From contig JBLWGC010000051.1 of NCBI GenBank assembly GCA_048772705.1, positions 124,001 to 188,000 of the forward strand: a stretch of DNA of 64,000 nucleotides. Direction: 5' to 3'. Position numbers and translations under genes: made by a program. Below, piece by piece: positions 1 to 10,696 of the stretch (its first letter is position 1; the number at the start of each line of letters is the position of its first letter). Source of the stretch: Leidyana gryllorum EB-2025a. Lineage: Eukaryota; Protista; Apicomplexa. The notes beneath the pieces were generated by a model. The model was not told where the DNA came from. It worked only from the letters and a program-made list of their open reading frames with translations, and did no database searches.

Positions 1-153
1 CTATATCACACTGGTCGAATGATGATGTCCTTTGGGCTTCGCATGCTGGTGCCCATGATGACTAAGATCGCCGAGCAGGCCGGAGGCTCCCGACAGACTG
101 TACATGCTCGCGACATCGATGTTGGCAATACACCCACGACCACGGCCACGTGA
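1..153 (+). CDS. 3' end of an upstream gene (partial, unknown product)
   Basis: Frame +1 is open from base 1 (LYHTGRMMMSFGLRMLVPMMTKIAEQ...TTTAT) to TGA at 151-153. Confidence 0.45.
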   Translation, partial: LYHTGRMMMSFGLRMLVPMMTKIAEQAGGSRQTVHARDIDVGNTPTTTAT

Positions 154-244
154 GTGAGTAACTACATAGTCCAGCCGCACACGTCTTCCGTCTTCCACAG
201 GGGTGATTTGTAAACGACCGCACACGCGTGTGCTAAAGCTCACA

Positions 245-2088
245 ATGCAACTATATCTACTTCTAGTCTTCGGGCTGCTCCTTACTGCTTCAGCAGCAGT
301 CCAAGAGGACGATGAAGACAATCTGGAAGCATTTGCCGAAGATGAGCTAGATTTATCTCCCGATCTGCCAGAGGAACTAGAGGAAGATCACGCGAAACAC
401 GAAGATGACCATGGCCACCATGAGGATGACAATGAAGGCCATGAGGAGGAAGGCGGCGATGGAAATGCGGAACTCGAAGAAGATCACGCGGAACACGAAG
501 AAGACCACAAGAATCATGAGGATAATCATGAGGCCCATGAGAAAGACGAGGGCAATGAAGACGCGGAACTCGAAGAAGATCATGAGAATCATGAAGGTGA
601 CCATGAAGGCCATGAGGACGACCGGGGCAATGGACATTCTGGTGCCCCAGTTCAGCTGAAGATAGAGTCTCACTCACTTGCTCCAGCTCCTGCCCCAGAG
701 GGACTAGGAGAGAAGGTTGATGAGCTGAAAGAGGAAGTTCATGTGAGTCAGAGACCATAGTCAGCAGCAGTATTGCGTGGTCAGGATTTGGTAGATCGAA
801 AGAAGCACGAAGTCGAAAGCCCGGACGAAAACCTTGTACTCCAAAATGGTTAGCATGTTCCAGTGGTTGTGCCACGACTCACTTTATCGTCCCTAGCTCG
901 GGCAATGCATGAGGTTCATGAGGACGCATACAATGCTGCTCAGGAACACGCCCACCAGGCTCTTGAGGAAGAGGCAGAGGTTAGTTGTAGGTAGTATAGA
1001 GTCGACACGAGGTTAGGCGGCACATGACGGCGAGCTGAAGGCTGAGCATAAAGCTGCTCACGACACAGAGATACAACAGGATATGCGAGACGTTCATCAC
1101 TTAGAAGGTAGCGCCAACCTCTTTGTTATACCAATACAATCATAACCAAGGTGTTGTGAATGCTGAGAACCGACTGTCTGAATATGGAAAGGTGAGTACC
1201 ACACATCTGCCATCTATGTCGCCTTCAGACTGCTCTCGGTGAGTGGAATCCTTGCGATCGCTCAGTCAGCTTCTACAGATCGTTTGGAGCACAACTGGGA
1301 GGTTGAGGAAGCAGATGAGACGGCTCGAGATCACGCTGGTGAGTTGAAGCTTGCTAGACCCAACTTCTATTCTGGTGAAGAGGAGGCGGCTTTGAAGGCA
1401 GCAGGCGAAGGTGAAAATCAGGATGAACTGATTGGAGATGCAGAGAAATTCGTGGAAGGAGCCAAGGACGTGGCGGGGGCAGCCGATGACGAGCTGAACA
1501 GTCTGATAGAGAATGAGAAAAAACACCTCATTCATCACCAAGTAGAGCACCAGTTAGAAATTGAATGTCCTGAGGGGTGGGTCCCGCGACCTCCCGCCGA
1601 TGAGGAGGAGTCGGAGGGTGCAGACATTGAGGTGGAGACTGAGCACGTCATTCCACCCTGTCCTGTGGCGTACTTATCAGCCCCGTGTCCATGTGAGTGG
1701 TTCCAATGATTTCTCTTTTCCATCCGACTGCAGGTGTGGCCATGGCCTTCGAAGGAGCGACGACACCTCATCCTGAGCCAGAGGAGGCCACTGAGGAACC
1801 TGAGGAGCCTACGGCGGTGGGCTCAGAAATCTCTGAGCACGACCAGGAGCCCGGGCCGGCCCCAGAGGCTGAAGACTGCGAAGCAGTGGTGGTAAGTCGC
1901 ACAATACCCTTCCTCTTTCGATCTTTGCTTCAGAACGAACTGATGGATAAGGTGACAAATCAAACATGATGTTCAGACAATTTCAAATTCAGTACGGAGA
2001 TGACCTGTCTAAAATAACGGACTCCGACCTAGAAGGCTACAGAGCCAGACTTGGTCCGGGATACACTCTGCATCTGGGGCCATCGTGA
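245..2088 (+). CDS. Secreted His/Glu/Asp-rich repeat protein (multi-exon)
   Basis: ATG 245 with signal peptide MQLYLLLVFGLLLTASAA and acidic His-rich repeats. Successive short GT-AG introns (e.g. from 743, 1192, 1892, and 1952-1992). Last exon YGDDLSKITDSDLEGY...PS* ends at 2088. Some internal exon boundaries are uncertain. Confidence 0.7.
373..620 (+). repeat. Coding repeat of 21-nt heptads (EDHxxHE) grouped in ~96-nt units starting (A/E)ELEEDH
   Basis: GCGGAACTCGAAGAAGATCA recurs; the protein reads EELEEDHAKHEDDHGHHED / AELEEDHAEHEEDHKNHEDNHEAHE / AELEEDHENHEGDHEGHE. Confidence 0.85.
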
Positions 2089-2117
2089 CAACTATTTTGT
2101 TGCACAATCGTGTCACC

Positions 2118-2357
2118 ATGCTGCTTAGGAGTTATCCGGAGCGTCATCGCACGACTCGTTCCTCCGTCCACTCTCTCGAAGCCGTCGCTCGACCGACGAA
2201 TAAGCGGAACTATCGCGGGGACGAGTGAGTGGATATTTCGCTCGCATCTGATCTCACTTCCGCAAGTCTCAGCCATTGCAGGTTCATGGTTGATCTTGCA
2301 ATATATCCAAGAGGGAGAGAATCAGACGCGCAAATCAATGACGGTAGCCATATTTAA
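2118..2357 (+). CDS. Putative 60-aa two-exon microprotein
   Basis: ATG 2118, intron GTGAGT..TGCAG 2225-2281; the spliced frame is open to TAA 2355-2357. No recognisable homology. Confidence 0.35.
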
Positions 2358-5026
2358 CCCCTCTGAGTATCTATACTGAGAGGAATGGCCAAATGACGGT
2401 ACGTTGTCTTCAGTGTATGAAATCTATCCACAACCAGGGACACCAGAATGTCCGACATGACGTCCAAAACTTCCTGGTACTCCTCCTCGCCGAAGATCAT
2501 TCTCTCTTCTTCGAATATGCGCTTCGCAACATCCACAGCAGGGAGAACTTCGCTCTCGTCAAGTACAGTGAGGAGCTGGAACCGTTTGCCAAGAGAGACG
2601 ATGCTGGTTCCAAGATTCATTGTACTGGGGACGGCGGGCCAGAAGAAGAGACCTCGGACCTCTCGTCCGAAGAACCGAGACTCGATCGGTGGTGCTGCAA
2701 CATTTGTGCTGCACACTTGAACATATTTGAACATTTGTAGGAATAATTTGCGAGCAATCGAAGATGGGAAGGCTTTGCAAACCGAGCAAGTCATCAAGAA
2801 TATGACTTCCCGTAGCTTTTGGCTTTTGATCTTGTCAATTGCTCTCTTAACCAGGACCACACTACCTGCAGGAGCCGTAGGATCCAGGCAGTGGAACGGG
2901 CGCATATCGGAAGCCTTTTTGCGATTATGCGGAGTCCCACTGATCGGAGTAGAGGCTCTGTCTCCTCCTTGTGGTGATCCCGGCTGGGTGACGGGAGTAG
3001 GGGGGCGAGATGGAAGGTCACGGGGAGCATATACACCATCAGCTTTGTTTTGGCGTTGTGGTATCGGCAGCGAGACATTGACCAAGCTAGTAAAGTTGTC
3101 CATACGGGTTGGCACTCCAGTGCGAACCATCATGGGTATGATGGTTTGTAGAGTGGTTGGATCCAGGGGCCTTTTCCCTTCAACCAGTGCAGGTGCTCCC
3201 TTTCGTCGTGGGGGGAGATTGAGCTTATTTCGGACCACAGAGTCCAATTCTACGGGATCCGCAAGTTGCCCCCATGCATACGAGATACAAGATGCGAAGA
3301 TGTCGTTCACTGTGGGCCTGATACCAGTTTCTTGCTGTACGCCTCGGCGCACGGTGTTGATGTCGCCCAAATCAAACACCCCCGGAGCACTGTAGTATTT
3401 GCGACCTGTCGGAGGATACGGGAGAACACATTTGTGAAGGTCGGCCTGCAGCAGGGCTGGGGTTGGTGGATGGGCGAATGACCAGTAGCACCATATGCGC
3501 AATCCCCTGACGGCTGCCATGCAACCATGGAATGCATAGTAGATGACAGCTTGCCATGCTGGTACACTTCTGCGATAATTTGCTGGTAGATTGTCGATGC
3601 TGACTGCGTTGTCGCCAAGTCGACTGACGATGCTAGCCATCATCCCGCTGCCATCAGCGAATACATGTGCCCATTTGCCTATGATATAGGACAATTTTGA
3701 TGTATCATTGGAGTTGGCGGCTACGGCAGCATCTGCGAGATAGCGACTACCCACATTGCTAGTTTCGTCGTCTTCGTCGATGGCGGTACCGTTGGCATTG
3801 TCCAGGCTCATGTCGTGAGGCGAGCGTGTTGGTGTGGAGTCGAGATACCAGACTTGCCACTGTGGTTGGTCTTGTGGGATCTCTTCAGATCCCATGGCAG
3901 ACACGACTTCTGCGACAGTGGTTGTGGTGAGATCGACTCTTTTACGAACGACGTGGTTGTTGAGGTTGAAAGTGTCCCTTTGAATTCGCCAGCACGACTT
4001 GCCCCAGCGTCTGCCAACGACCCCTCGAGTTTTCGGTTCCCAGTTAGTCCAGCGCCTGCGGAAGGCTTCGGCGACCTCCTCGAAGCTCAGTTTGTCGACG
4101 ATGAAGAGCATACAGAGCTGGAAGCGGCTTTTTTCTTCGTCAAAGTAGAACATTTTGTCATGGCAGCTGATGGGGAAATCAGGAGGGTTTTCGGCCAAGT
4201 GCTGTCGGAACAGATTGATATGATCGACCAACCACTGGCCTTTGAGGAAATAGAGTATCCGCGAGGTGAGAGGGGACCGTACATGGGAGCGAGCGCGTTT
4301 GATGGATCGGACTGTTGGGCTGCCGGCATATACTTTGGCGACTTTGAACTTGCCGAATTTGGTGGGCGTTCCACTATTTTGGCGTAGTCTGGGTATGTCG
4401 GTGATGAATCTCAGAGTGAGCAGGAATACCGTGTAGAGTACAAAGACGGCGTCCGTCAAACGATTCTTGCCCTTGTAGGGATCGCAAGTCCACCTTGAAG
4501 GATCGCAGTCATAGGCAATTCCTTGTGCAGGGTCGGGGGGTGGTTGGTAGATAGAGCGCCGGCGCCCGAGGCGGCTACGGAACAATTGATAGCTTTCGTG
4601 AATAGACAGTGCCCAGAAGAGAACGAAATGTATGCTGTTGAAGATAACGAGAGGTAGCATTAGGATGCCGATAGCGATACTGAGTATACTGAAGACGAAT
4701 GCGAGGAAGTACTGGACTGTGACCCGAACGACCGCGTGGTGGTTTCGCAAGTCGTCAATCTCGCCGCCAGCAATGCCAGCCAGATAACCAACCCAGTACA
4801 TTGAGTTTTGCGGTCTAGGATGCCATTCTTGTACACAATCATTCATGTCCATGGGCACCGCACTATCTATGCGTTTAGAGAAAGCCGAGGACTCCCCGCG
4901 ACCGCCGCAAGCACATTCATCTTCACTCACAGTGGTAGAGTCGTCGACATCGTGGGTGGCACGCTTGTTGCGGCGTCGGCAGCCGGTGCCGTCTTTGCAC
5001 CCACTTTCGTGTTCACTGTTGGCCAT
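2354..5026 (-). CDS. Wax ester synthase/diacylglycerol acyltransferase (WS/DGAT)-like membrane protein, paralogue 1, intronless
   Basis: N-terminal TM segments; QPQWQVW motif; active-site-like AHVFADG (family HHxxxDG); TVNDIF; C-terminal STNVAAP ... LFFWP. First true ATG is 5026. Confidence 0.8.
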   Translation of the reverse strand: MANSEHESGCKDGTGCRRRNKRATHDVDDSTTVSEDECACGGRGESSAFSKRIDSAVPMDMNDCVQEWHPRPQNSMYWVGYLAGIAGGEIDDLRNHHAVVRVTVQYFLAFVFSILSIAIGILMLPLVIFNSIHFVLFWALSIHESYQLFRSRLGRRRSIYQPPPDPAQGIAYDCDPSRWTCDPYKGKNRLTDAVFVLYTVFLLTLRFITDIPRLRQNSGTPTKFGKFKVAKVYAGSPTVRSIKRARSHVRSPLTSRILYFLKGQWLVDHINLFRQHLAENPPDFPISCHDKMFYFDEEKSRFQLCMLFIVDKLSFEEVAEAFRRRWTNWEPKTRGVVGRRWGKSCWRIQRDTFNLNNHVVRKRVDLTTTTVAEVVSAMGSEEIPQDQPQWQVWYLDSTPTRSPHDMSLDNANGTAIDEDDETSNVGSRYLADAAVAANSNDTSKLSYIIGKWAHVFADGSGMMASIVSRLGDNAVSIDNLPANYRRSVPAWQAVIYYAFHGCMAAVRGLRIWCYWSFAHPPTPALLQADLHKCVLPYPPTGRKYYSAPGVFDLGDINTVRRGVQQETGIRPTVNDIFASCISYAWGQLADPVELDSVVRNKLNLPPRRKGAPALVEGKRPLDPTTLQTIIPMMVRTGVPTRMDNFTSLVNVSLPIPQRQNKADGVYAPRDLPSRPPTPVTQPGSPQGGDRASTPISGTPHNRKKASDMRPFHCLDPTAPAGSVVLVKRAIDKIKSQKLREVIFLMTCSVCKAFPSSIARKLFLQMFKYVQVCSTNVAAPPIESRFFGREVRGLFFWPAVPSTMNLGTSIVSLGKRFQLLTVLDESEVLPAVDVAKRIFEEERMIFGEEEYQEVLDVMSDILVSLVVDRFHTLKTTYRHLAIPLSIDTQRG

Positions 5027-5095
5027 CGTACGATGTGTACAACCAGAAGGGCATCCAGAGGCTGAGTGTCTCTCTATTTTCGACGCTTTTTTGCT

Positions 5096-7918
5096 ATGAC
5101 AGTTCTTGACGTCCCACCAGTGACCGATGAGCCTGGAGTGTTCCAGAACCTGCGTCAACTCATTAACATTGTCGTAAGTCCTGGTGGTTTTGAGAGGGTG
5201 AAAAGAGCTTCCAACTCAGGATGAGCTGCGGGATGTCGGGCTTCAACAGATCATCAATTTGCCTCGGATATGTGTGGTTGGAACGCAGTCGGCTGGGAAG
5301 TCATCAGTCCTCGAGGCTATTGTAGGGATGGACTTTCTCCCTCGGGGTGAAGGCATAGTAACTCGACGACCACTCGAACTTCGCTTAGTGCATATTCCAC
5401 CCAGCCATGACGGGCGCAACCAACCGGCTTATGCTATATTCGAAGAAGACCCTCACACCAGGTTCACCAACTTTGACGAAGTCAGAAAACGGATCGACGA
5501 GTACACCAACAAGATAGCGGGCAAAAACAAAGGCATTGTTGATGACCCTATCGTCCTCAGTGTACACGGAACCGATTGTCCCGATCTCACGCTGGTGGAT
5601 CTACCGGGAATTACTCGAGTACCACTCAAAGGATCGGATCAGACAGATGATATTGAACGTCTCACGCGTGACATGGCGGAACGCTACGCCAAAGATACGC
5701 GTACGGTCATTCTGGCCGTTGTGCCTGCCAATCAGGGTAAAGAAAATCGAGCTCGCCCAGACCCCCCACCACCCCTCCCTTCTGCAGACATATCAACCAG
5801 CGACGCTCTCCAGCTCGCCCGCAAGGTCGACTTGAACGGCTTGCGTACCATTGGAGTCATCACCAAGATCGACTTGATGGACCGAGGGACTAATGCGGCC
5901 CGAATGATTGCGGGCGAAGAAGTGCCACTGCGATTGGGTTTCGTCGCCGTGAAGAACAGGTCACAGCAAGATATTGTCGGAAAGAAGAGTATCAAGGAGG
6001 CTTTGGAGGCAGAGCGCAACTTCTTCCGAAGCACACCGCCATATAGCTCAATGCCGCCTCATCAGCTAGGCACCCCGGCCCTGATAGATAAGCTCACTAA
6101 GGTCCTTTTCAAGCATATCCGCAACGTACTCCCAGAGATCAAGAACGAAATTCAGTGAGTCCCCCTTCCCTCAATCATTTATCCGCGAATCCATCTACAT
6201 TGACAGAGTAAAAATGCGGACTCTCAAGCAAAGATTGCTTGAATTGGGCGATGGAGTTCCCTCAGATGCCCCCGAACGGGCTCAGTTTATGTGGACAATG
6301 ATCAGCGACTACTGTGCGCTATTTAGTAACACTATCAGGGGCAAATATGACAAACGACTCATGCACTATATGGACACAGTGAGCCCCACGAATCAAATAC
6401 CGACCATCCTCACTCTCCCTTTGCAGGACCCCACATCGCAGTTTGGAGGAGCTCAGATACGCTCGATATTCAACTCACTTCTTCAAGAATACACCCAACG
6501 GGGGATCACCAGCGACATTAGCGTGAGTTCGGGAGGCAGATAGCCCCACCAAAGATATTGCCCCGTTCAGTCGACCGAAATCGATCAAGCGATCCGCATT
6601 CACGAGGGCGACTCGCTCCCCGGTTTCCCGTCTCCTGACACCTTTGAGTATCTCATCCTTCCCCACCTACGGAAGATCCACTTCCCAGTGATGGACTGTT
6701 TAGGTGAGCTGAAGAAGACGTTAAAGCCGACCAACACTCACACCGTTGTTGCCCCTCCTGCAGATCGGGTCGGAGCCACACTCGAACTTGTCAGTCAACA
6801 GTTAGGGAACCGAGTCTTCCATAGATTCCCCGCTCTCGCGACTCAAATCCTCGAGCTCACTCAGAACATCCTGCAGCGCGAGAAGGAAAAGACGAGACAA
6901 ATCCTGGAGAATATTGTGGCAGCCGAAACGGGCTATCTCTTCACCAACGATGCTCGCTACCTCACTGACCACGGATCCATGCTCCCAATCACCAAAGACT
7001 CACAAAGTAATGAGAAACTGCCACCTACTCAGGGACCAGGAGGCGGGGTGCCGGGCGCCCCCGAGAATCCCCCCACACAGAGTGGATGGTTCTCGGCCAA
7101 ACGGACCGACCCCTCCGCCGTTGCCCCCGGCGCTCCTACCGCACAAGGGATCATGGGCAACCTGCAACAAGCGGCCAGCAGCATCTGGACTCGGGATAAA
7201 CCACGGACCCACTACAGCGGTGAGACGACTGAGCGCTCACTCCCATGTGCGCCCACCCACTGTTTCACAGATACCTTCCTGAACGAGATCAAGTCCCGCT
7301 TGGATGCCTACTTTGCCATTGTTCTACGGAACATTCGCGACATAGTCCCCAAAACGATCGGACACTTCCTCGTGCGAGCGGCACAAGAAGCATTGCAATT
7401 TGAGCTCAACACCCAGCTCAACAACACCGAGCAGTTTGATGCGCTCCTGGGCGAAGTAAGCTACAAAGTACTGCCTTACCTCCAAATTACGAGCACAGCC
7501 GCAATTCGTGCGCGAAGAACGACAGTCGATCAGCAAACAGATCAAGATCCTCTATAATGCAAGCCAAGTATTGCAACGGTAAGTGCCTGTGACTGATCAC
7601 TCAGCAACAACAATCATCCATCCCGACAGAGATCCAGCAATTGCCTCCATGTCGGTGCCCGACAGTATTGATGAACATATGTTTGACGCTGTGCCTCCTC
7701 ACAGGGCGCCGCCACACACCACTGCGTCCCGACACTCGACCCCTAATACCTCAGAGATGGGCAAGCCAAACCCCACATTGAACCCGGTGCCACCTGGTCA
7801 GCAACTTCCCCATCAACTTAGGGGCGCACAAGTGGCCAATCAGTATCTGCGAGGAGAAGTCACTTTCAATGCAGCACCACGTGCCGCAACCCGCTCAGAT
7901 ACCCCTTTATTCAAATAA
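5096..7918 (+). CDS. DrpB: Dynamin-related GTPase, DrpB/alveolate type (multi-exon)
   Basis: Spliced N-terminus NLRQLINIV|DELRDVGLQQIINLPRICVVGTQSAGKSS, then DLPG, TKID, middle domain and GED (YFAIVLRNIRDIVPKTIGHFLV). First intron 5174-5219. Confidence 0.9.
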
Positions 7919-8127
7919 ATAAGTTGGCCCTGCTAGTCTCTCTAAAATATGTGTGTCTCCCTCCGCGTGGCGTTGTGTGTACTGATGTGTGGCAATGATG
8001 GACCCTATACTATACACAAAATATCTTAATAACGATGCCGTCGATAATACAATTATATCAGAATTATGGTCCAGCTAATCAGTGCGAACACCGATAACGA
8101 ATTGACTAACTAAATCTTCTGTCTATC

Positions 8128-9585
8128 CTAGCTATGAGCAGCCACCATTGCGGAATAGGCTGATTCTGTGAAACTGGGGTACTTCTTCGCCGACTTTCGA
8201 CGCTCGTACACTTGAGTCTCCAGTGTCGTTAGTGTAGTAGCTATGACACGTAGACTTCGCTCATCGCTCAGGCCCGTGAGCTGTTGGATGCCACGGATCA
8301 ATCCCTCCCTCTCGAGCCATACTTTAATCACTCGACATTCCGCTTCCTCCGAAGCGTCATACAGCAAACACGAGGCCACGCCGATGGCGAGGTTATCGAA
8401 GCTGAAGCCAAGCGAGCAAGCAAAGTGTAACGGACGGATCAAACAGGCCCCCGGCTCCAGTTTTCGGAGTGGGCGTTTCCCTACTCGAGCGACACTATCA
8501 CGCAATTGGGTATTAGCGAATCGTTGCATTATTTCCTCGATGTATTGCCGATGATCGGGCTCAGCGAAACCGTGGCGGCGGCATAGAATTGTAGCCGTTT
8601 CTAGCATAGCTCCCCGGACAACACTTTGCACCTCCTCGTCCTCCATGGCGCTCCGTATGTCTTGGTGACCTCGCAAATGACCGTAGTATGCAGCGATAGA
8701 GTGTCCGGCTTGCACTGTCAGAAGGTGCCGGGCAGCATACGCGTTCAAGTGTGGTGTGACTTTGATTCCCGGGATGTGAAATCCACTCAAGTCTTGGAAG
8801 TCTTGAGCGGAAACATACCAGCTCCCATAGTCTTCTGTCACAACCTCGAACGGCTCAATTTTGTCTTGCAACTCCCTCCATGGAACTATGCAGTCCACAA
8901 CAGAGTCAACTATACCAACATTGTCTTCCAACCAACAGTTCAAGCCGGCGAAACAGGCACTGGCGTCCCGCACACCCTTCGCCAAGAGATCTCTGGCTCC
9001 TGCGGTATCTTCGCATACAATGATGTTCAATACACCCTTGTCATCCAGATCCTGATCGAGGGAACTGCAAAGCTCCACTCCAGATCTCCTCTTGCGCAAA
9101 CCCTTAACCAAGACTTCAACCAGAGCTCCCATGTTATTGAAGCCGATGCTGGTCGTGATGAGGTCCGCCCGACAAATTTCCTCAATTGTCTCGTCGGAGA
9201 ACATGAATAAAACGTCTTCTAATTCAATGTCAGTTTCCTTGACTTGTCCATTTCCCACGCGGCGAACTTTGTATTTCTTCTCTTCGCTCAACGGATACAC
9301 TAACGAGGGCGAAGGATCGGCGAGTACCAATTTACATCCAGCGTCCGCAAGCACCCGCATGATAAAACCTCGGCCGAAGTCGGTTCCGCCGAAGTGTAGA
9401 ACACGAGGTCTTTGGGGGGCTGTGAGTGGAAGAGATCGTTGCCTGTCAGGGGACGGCACCGCACTGTCATCCTTGCAGCAGTTGGGGAACACGGCCGACA
9501 TAGCCCTCTGAGCCCAAGTGGGAGCTTGAACCAGGCTTCTAACGGTTCTCAATGACTTCATTGCGCAGCTCGACACAGTAGACAT
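8128..9585 (-). CDS. Mannitol-1-phosphate 5-dehydrogenase (MtlD)-like protein with N-terminal presequence and degenerate catalytic motifs
   Basis: Collinear with bacterial MtlD (LHFG..GRGFI, NIIVCE, VD.IVP, GH...AY.G, VVRGAM.E, RF.N..L.D.V.RVG..PLRKL). Intronless. Confidence 0.85.
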   Translation of the reverse strand: MSTVSSCAMKSLRTVRSLVQAPTWAQRAMSAVFPNCCKDDSAVPSPDRQRSLPLTAPQRPRVLHFGGTDFGRGFIMRVLADAGCKLVLADPSPSLVYPLSEEKKYKVRRVGNGQVKETDIELEDVLFMFSDETIEEICRADLITTSIGFNNMGALVEVLVKGLRKRRSGVELCSSLDQDLDDKGVLNIIVCEDTAGARDLLAKGVRDASACFAGLNCWLEDNVGIVDSVVDCIVPWRELQDKIEPFEVVTEDYGSWYVSAQDFQDLSGFHIPGIKVTPHLNAYAARHLLTVQAGHSIAAYYGHLRGHQDIRSAMEDEEVQSVVRGAMLETATILCRRHGFAEPDHRQYIEEIMQRFANTQLRDSVARVGKRPLRKLEPGACLIRPLHFACSLGFSFDNLAIGVASCLLYDASEEAECRVIKVWLEREGLIRGIQQLTGLSDERSLRVIATTLTTLETQVYERRKSAKKYPSFTESAYSAMVAAHS

Positions 9586-9968
9586 CTTTTGTGTGTGAGT
9601 ATTGGACAGTCTTGGAAGAGGAGGGAGGAATGGGAGATATGAATTATGAGAAAAGGGCGACAGTTCAAGTGCTGTCGCGTCTCTGTGACGCGTGTCTCCT
9701 GACAGCAAACGTGTGTGCTGGTCTGCACACGCTTTTATCACCCTGGCCTGGTCTGATGTGCACACGGCGATCGCAGTGTACCTGACTGGGGGGATTTTGG
9801 CAAACTAGGCGCATTATGGGGTTGATTGACGCCTCTTGAACGGGCTGGTGTGTGGCTCAGAGTCAGGCAAGAATATTGATTAATTAACCTGAATTATTGG
9901 GGCATTTGGATGCATGGGCTAGACTTATTGGCAAGGACGATACGTGTACATCGTGTGCTGAAGAAAGG

Positions 9969-10669
9969 ATGAAGTGTGTGGCTGCGCTTATCATTTCGGT
10001 TTTCTTGGCTGCTCGAGTGGACGCAGGTGAGCCGATGAACAACGAGGCCACCAAATGGGGAATCTCAGATCAAACAGTTGTGGAGCAAACAGTTGTGGAT
10101 CAAACAGTGGTGGATCAAACAGTTGTGGATCAAACAGTTGTGGATATGGAGCCCGTCAATATTTCAAAAATCAAAGCCCTGCGTGGGGTGACGGATGGTA
10201 AGAATATACTGTGACCACTGTCTACAATCCTTATCAGCCGCGGTAGAAGACGCGGTTATGGGCGTGTTCGATGGTGCTGAGAAGCGTAGTGTGCTTAGCC
10301 TAAGTGAGGATATTGTTTGCTTCTCTGCTTCTCCATAGCGTTGAATCAGATGAATTCGTTGGACTCCAGTACAAACGTCTTATGGAGTCTTTGAGGGCCC
10401 CGGCCGATCCCAGCAAGGAAAAGGAGGGCGAAAATTCGGATGGTCTACCACCTCTTCCTCGTCGATGGCTGAGGGTGAAGAAAATGATACAGGATGGTCA
10501 AGCATGGTATTCGGCTAATCAAGGCGCTTTGATTCTGTTCTTGCCCATTGCTATTCCAACCTTTCTGGGAATTACAGTCTTCTTGAGTATGCGTCGTCGT
10601 TGCCAATCGGTTCCGCCGATGGATCTGTGCATGTCTAATACCTTCTCACCCTTCCATACATTGGTTTGA
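9969..10669 (+). CDS. Small signal-peptide/TM protein with DQTVV repeats (3 exons)
   Basis: Signal peptide MKCVAALIISVFLAARVDA; introns near 10198-10238 and ~10287-10338; C-terminal TM ALILFLPIAIPTFLGITVFL. Confidence 0.6.
10068..10145 (+). repeat. 15-bp coding tandem repeat x5 (GATCAAACAGTTGTG)
   Basis: Five near-perfect head-to-tail copies encoding (D/E)QTVV. Confidence 0.95.
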
Positions 10670-10696
10670 AGGAGGACGGTTTTTGTTTTTTTGGTC

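Noticed and set aside
282-875. Long antisense and alternative-frame ORFs here and opposite UBA52, RPS19, PDC, OGDH and the adhesin
   Set aside because: These are shadows of codon bias and low-complexity repeats on the true coding strand and carry no motifs of their own.
5027-5158. ORF-track N-terminal extensions from TTG/GTG starts (e.g. 5158, 9765, 16176, 58887) that create gene overlaps
   Set aside because: Eukaryotic initiation at the first suitable ATG gives sensible N-termini and removes the overlaps.
10068-10145. Direct repeats resembling a CRISPR array
   Set aside because: There are no spacers, the repeats are in-frame coding, no cas genes are present, and the context is eukaryotic.
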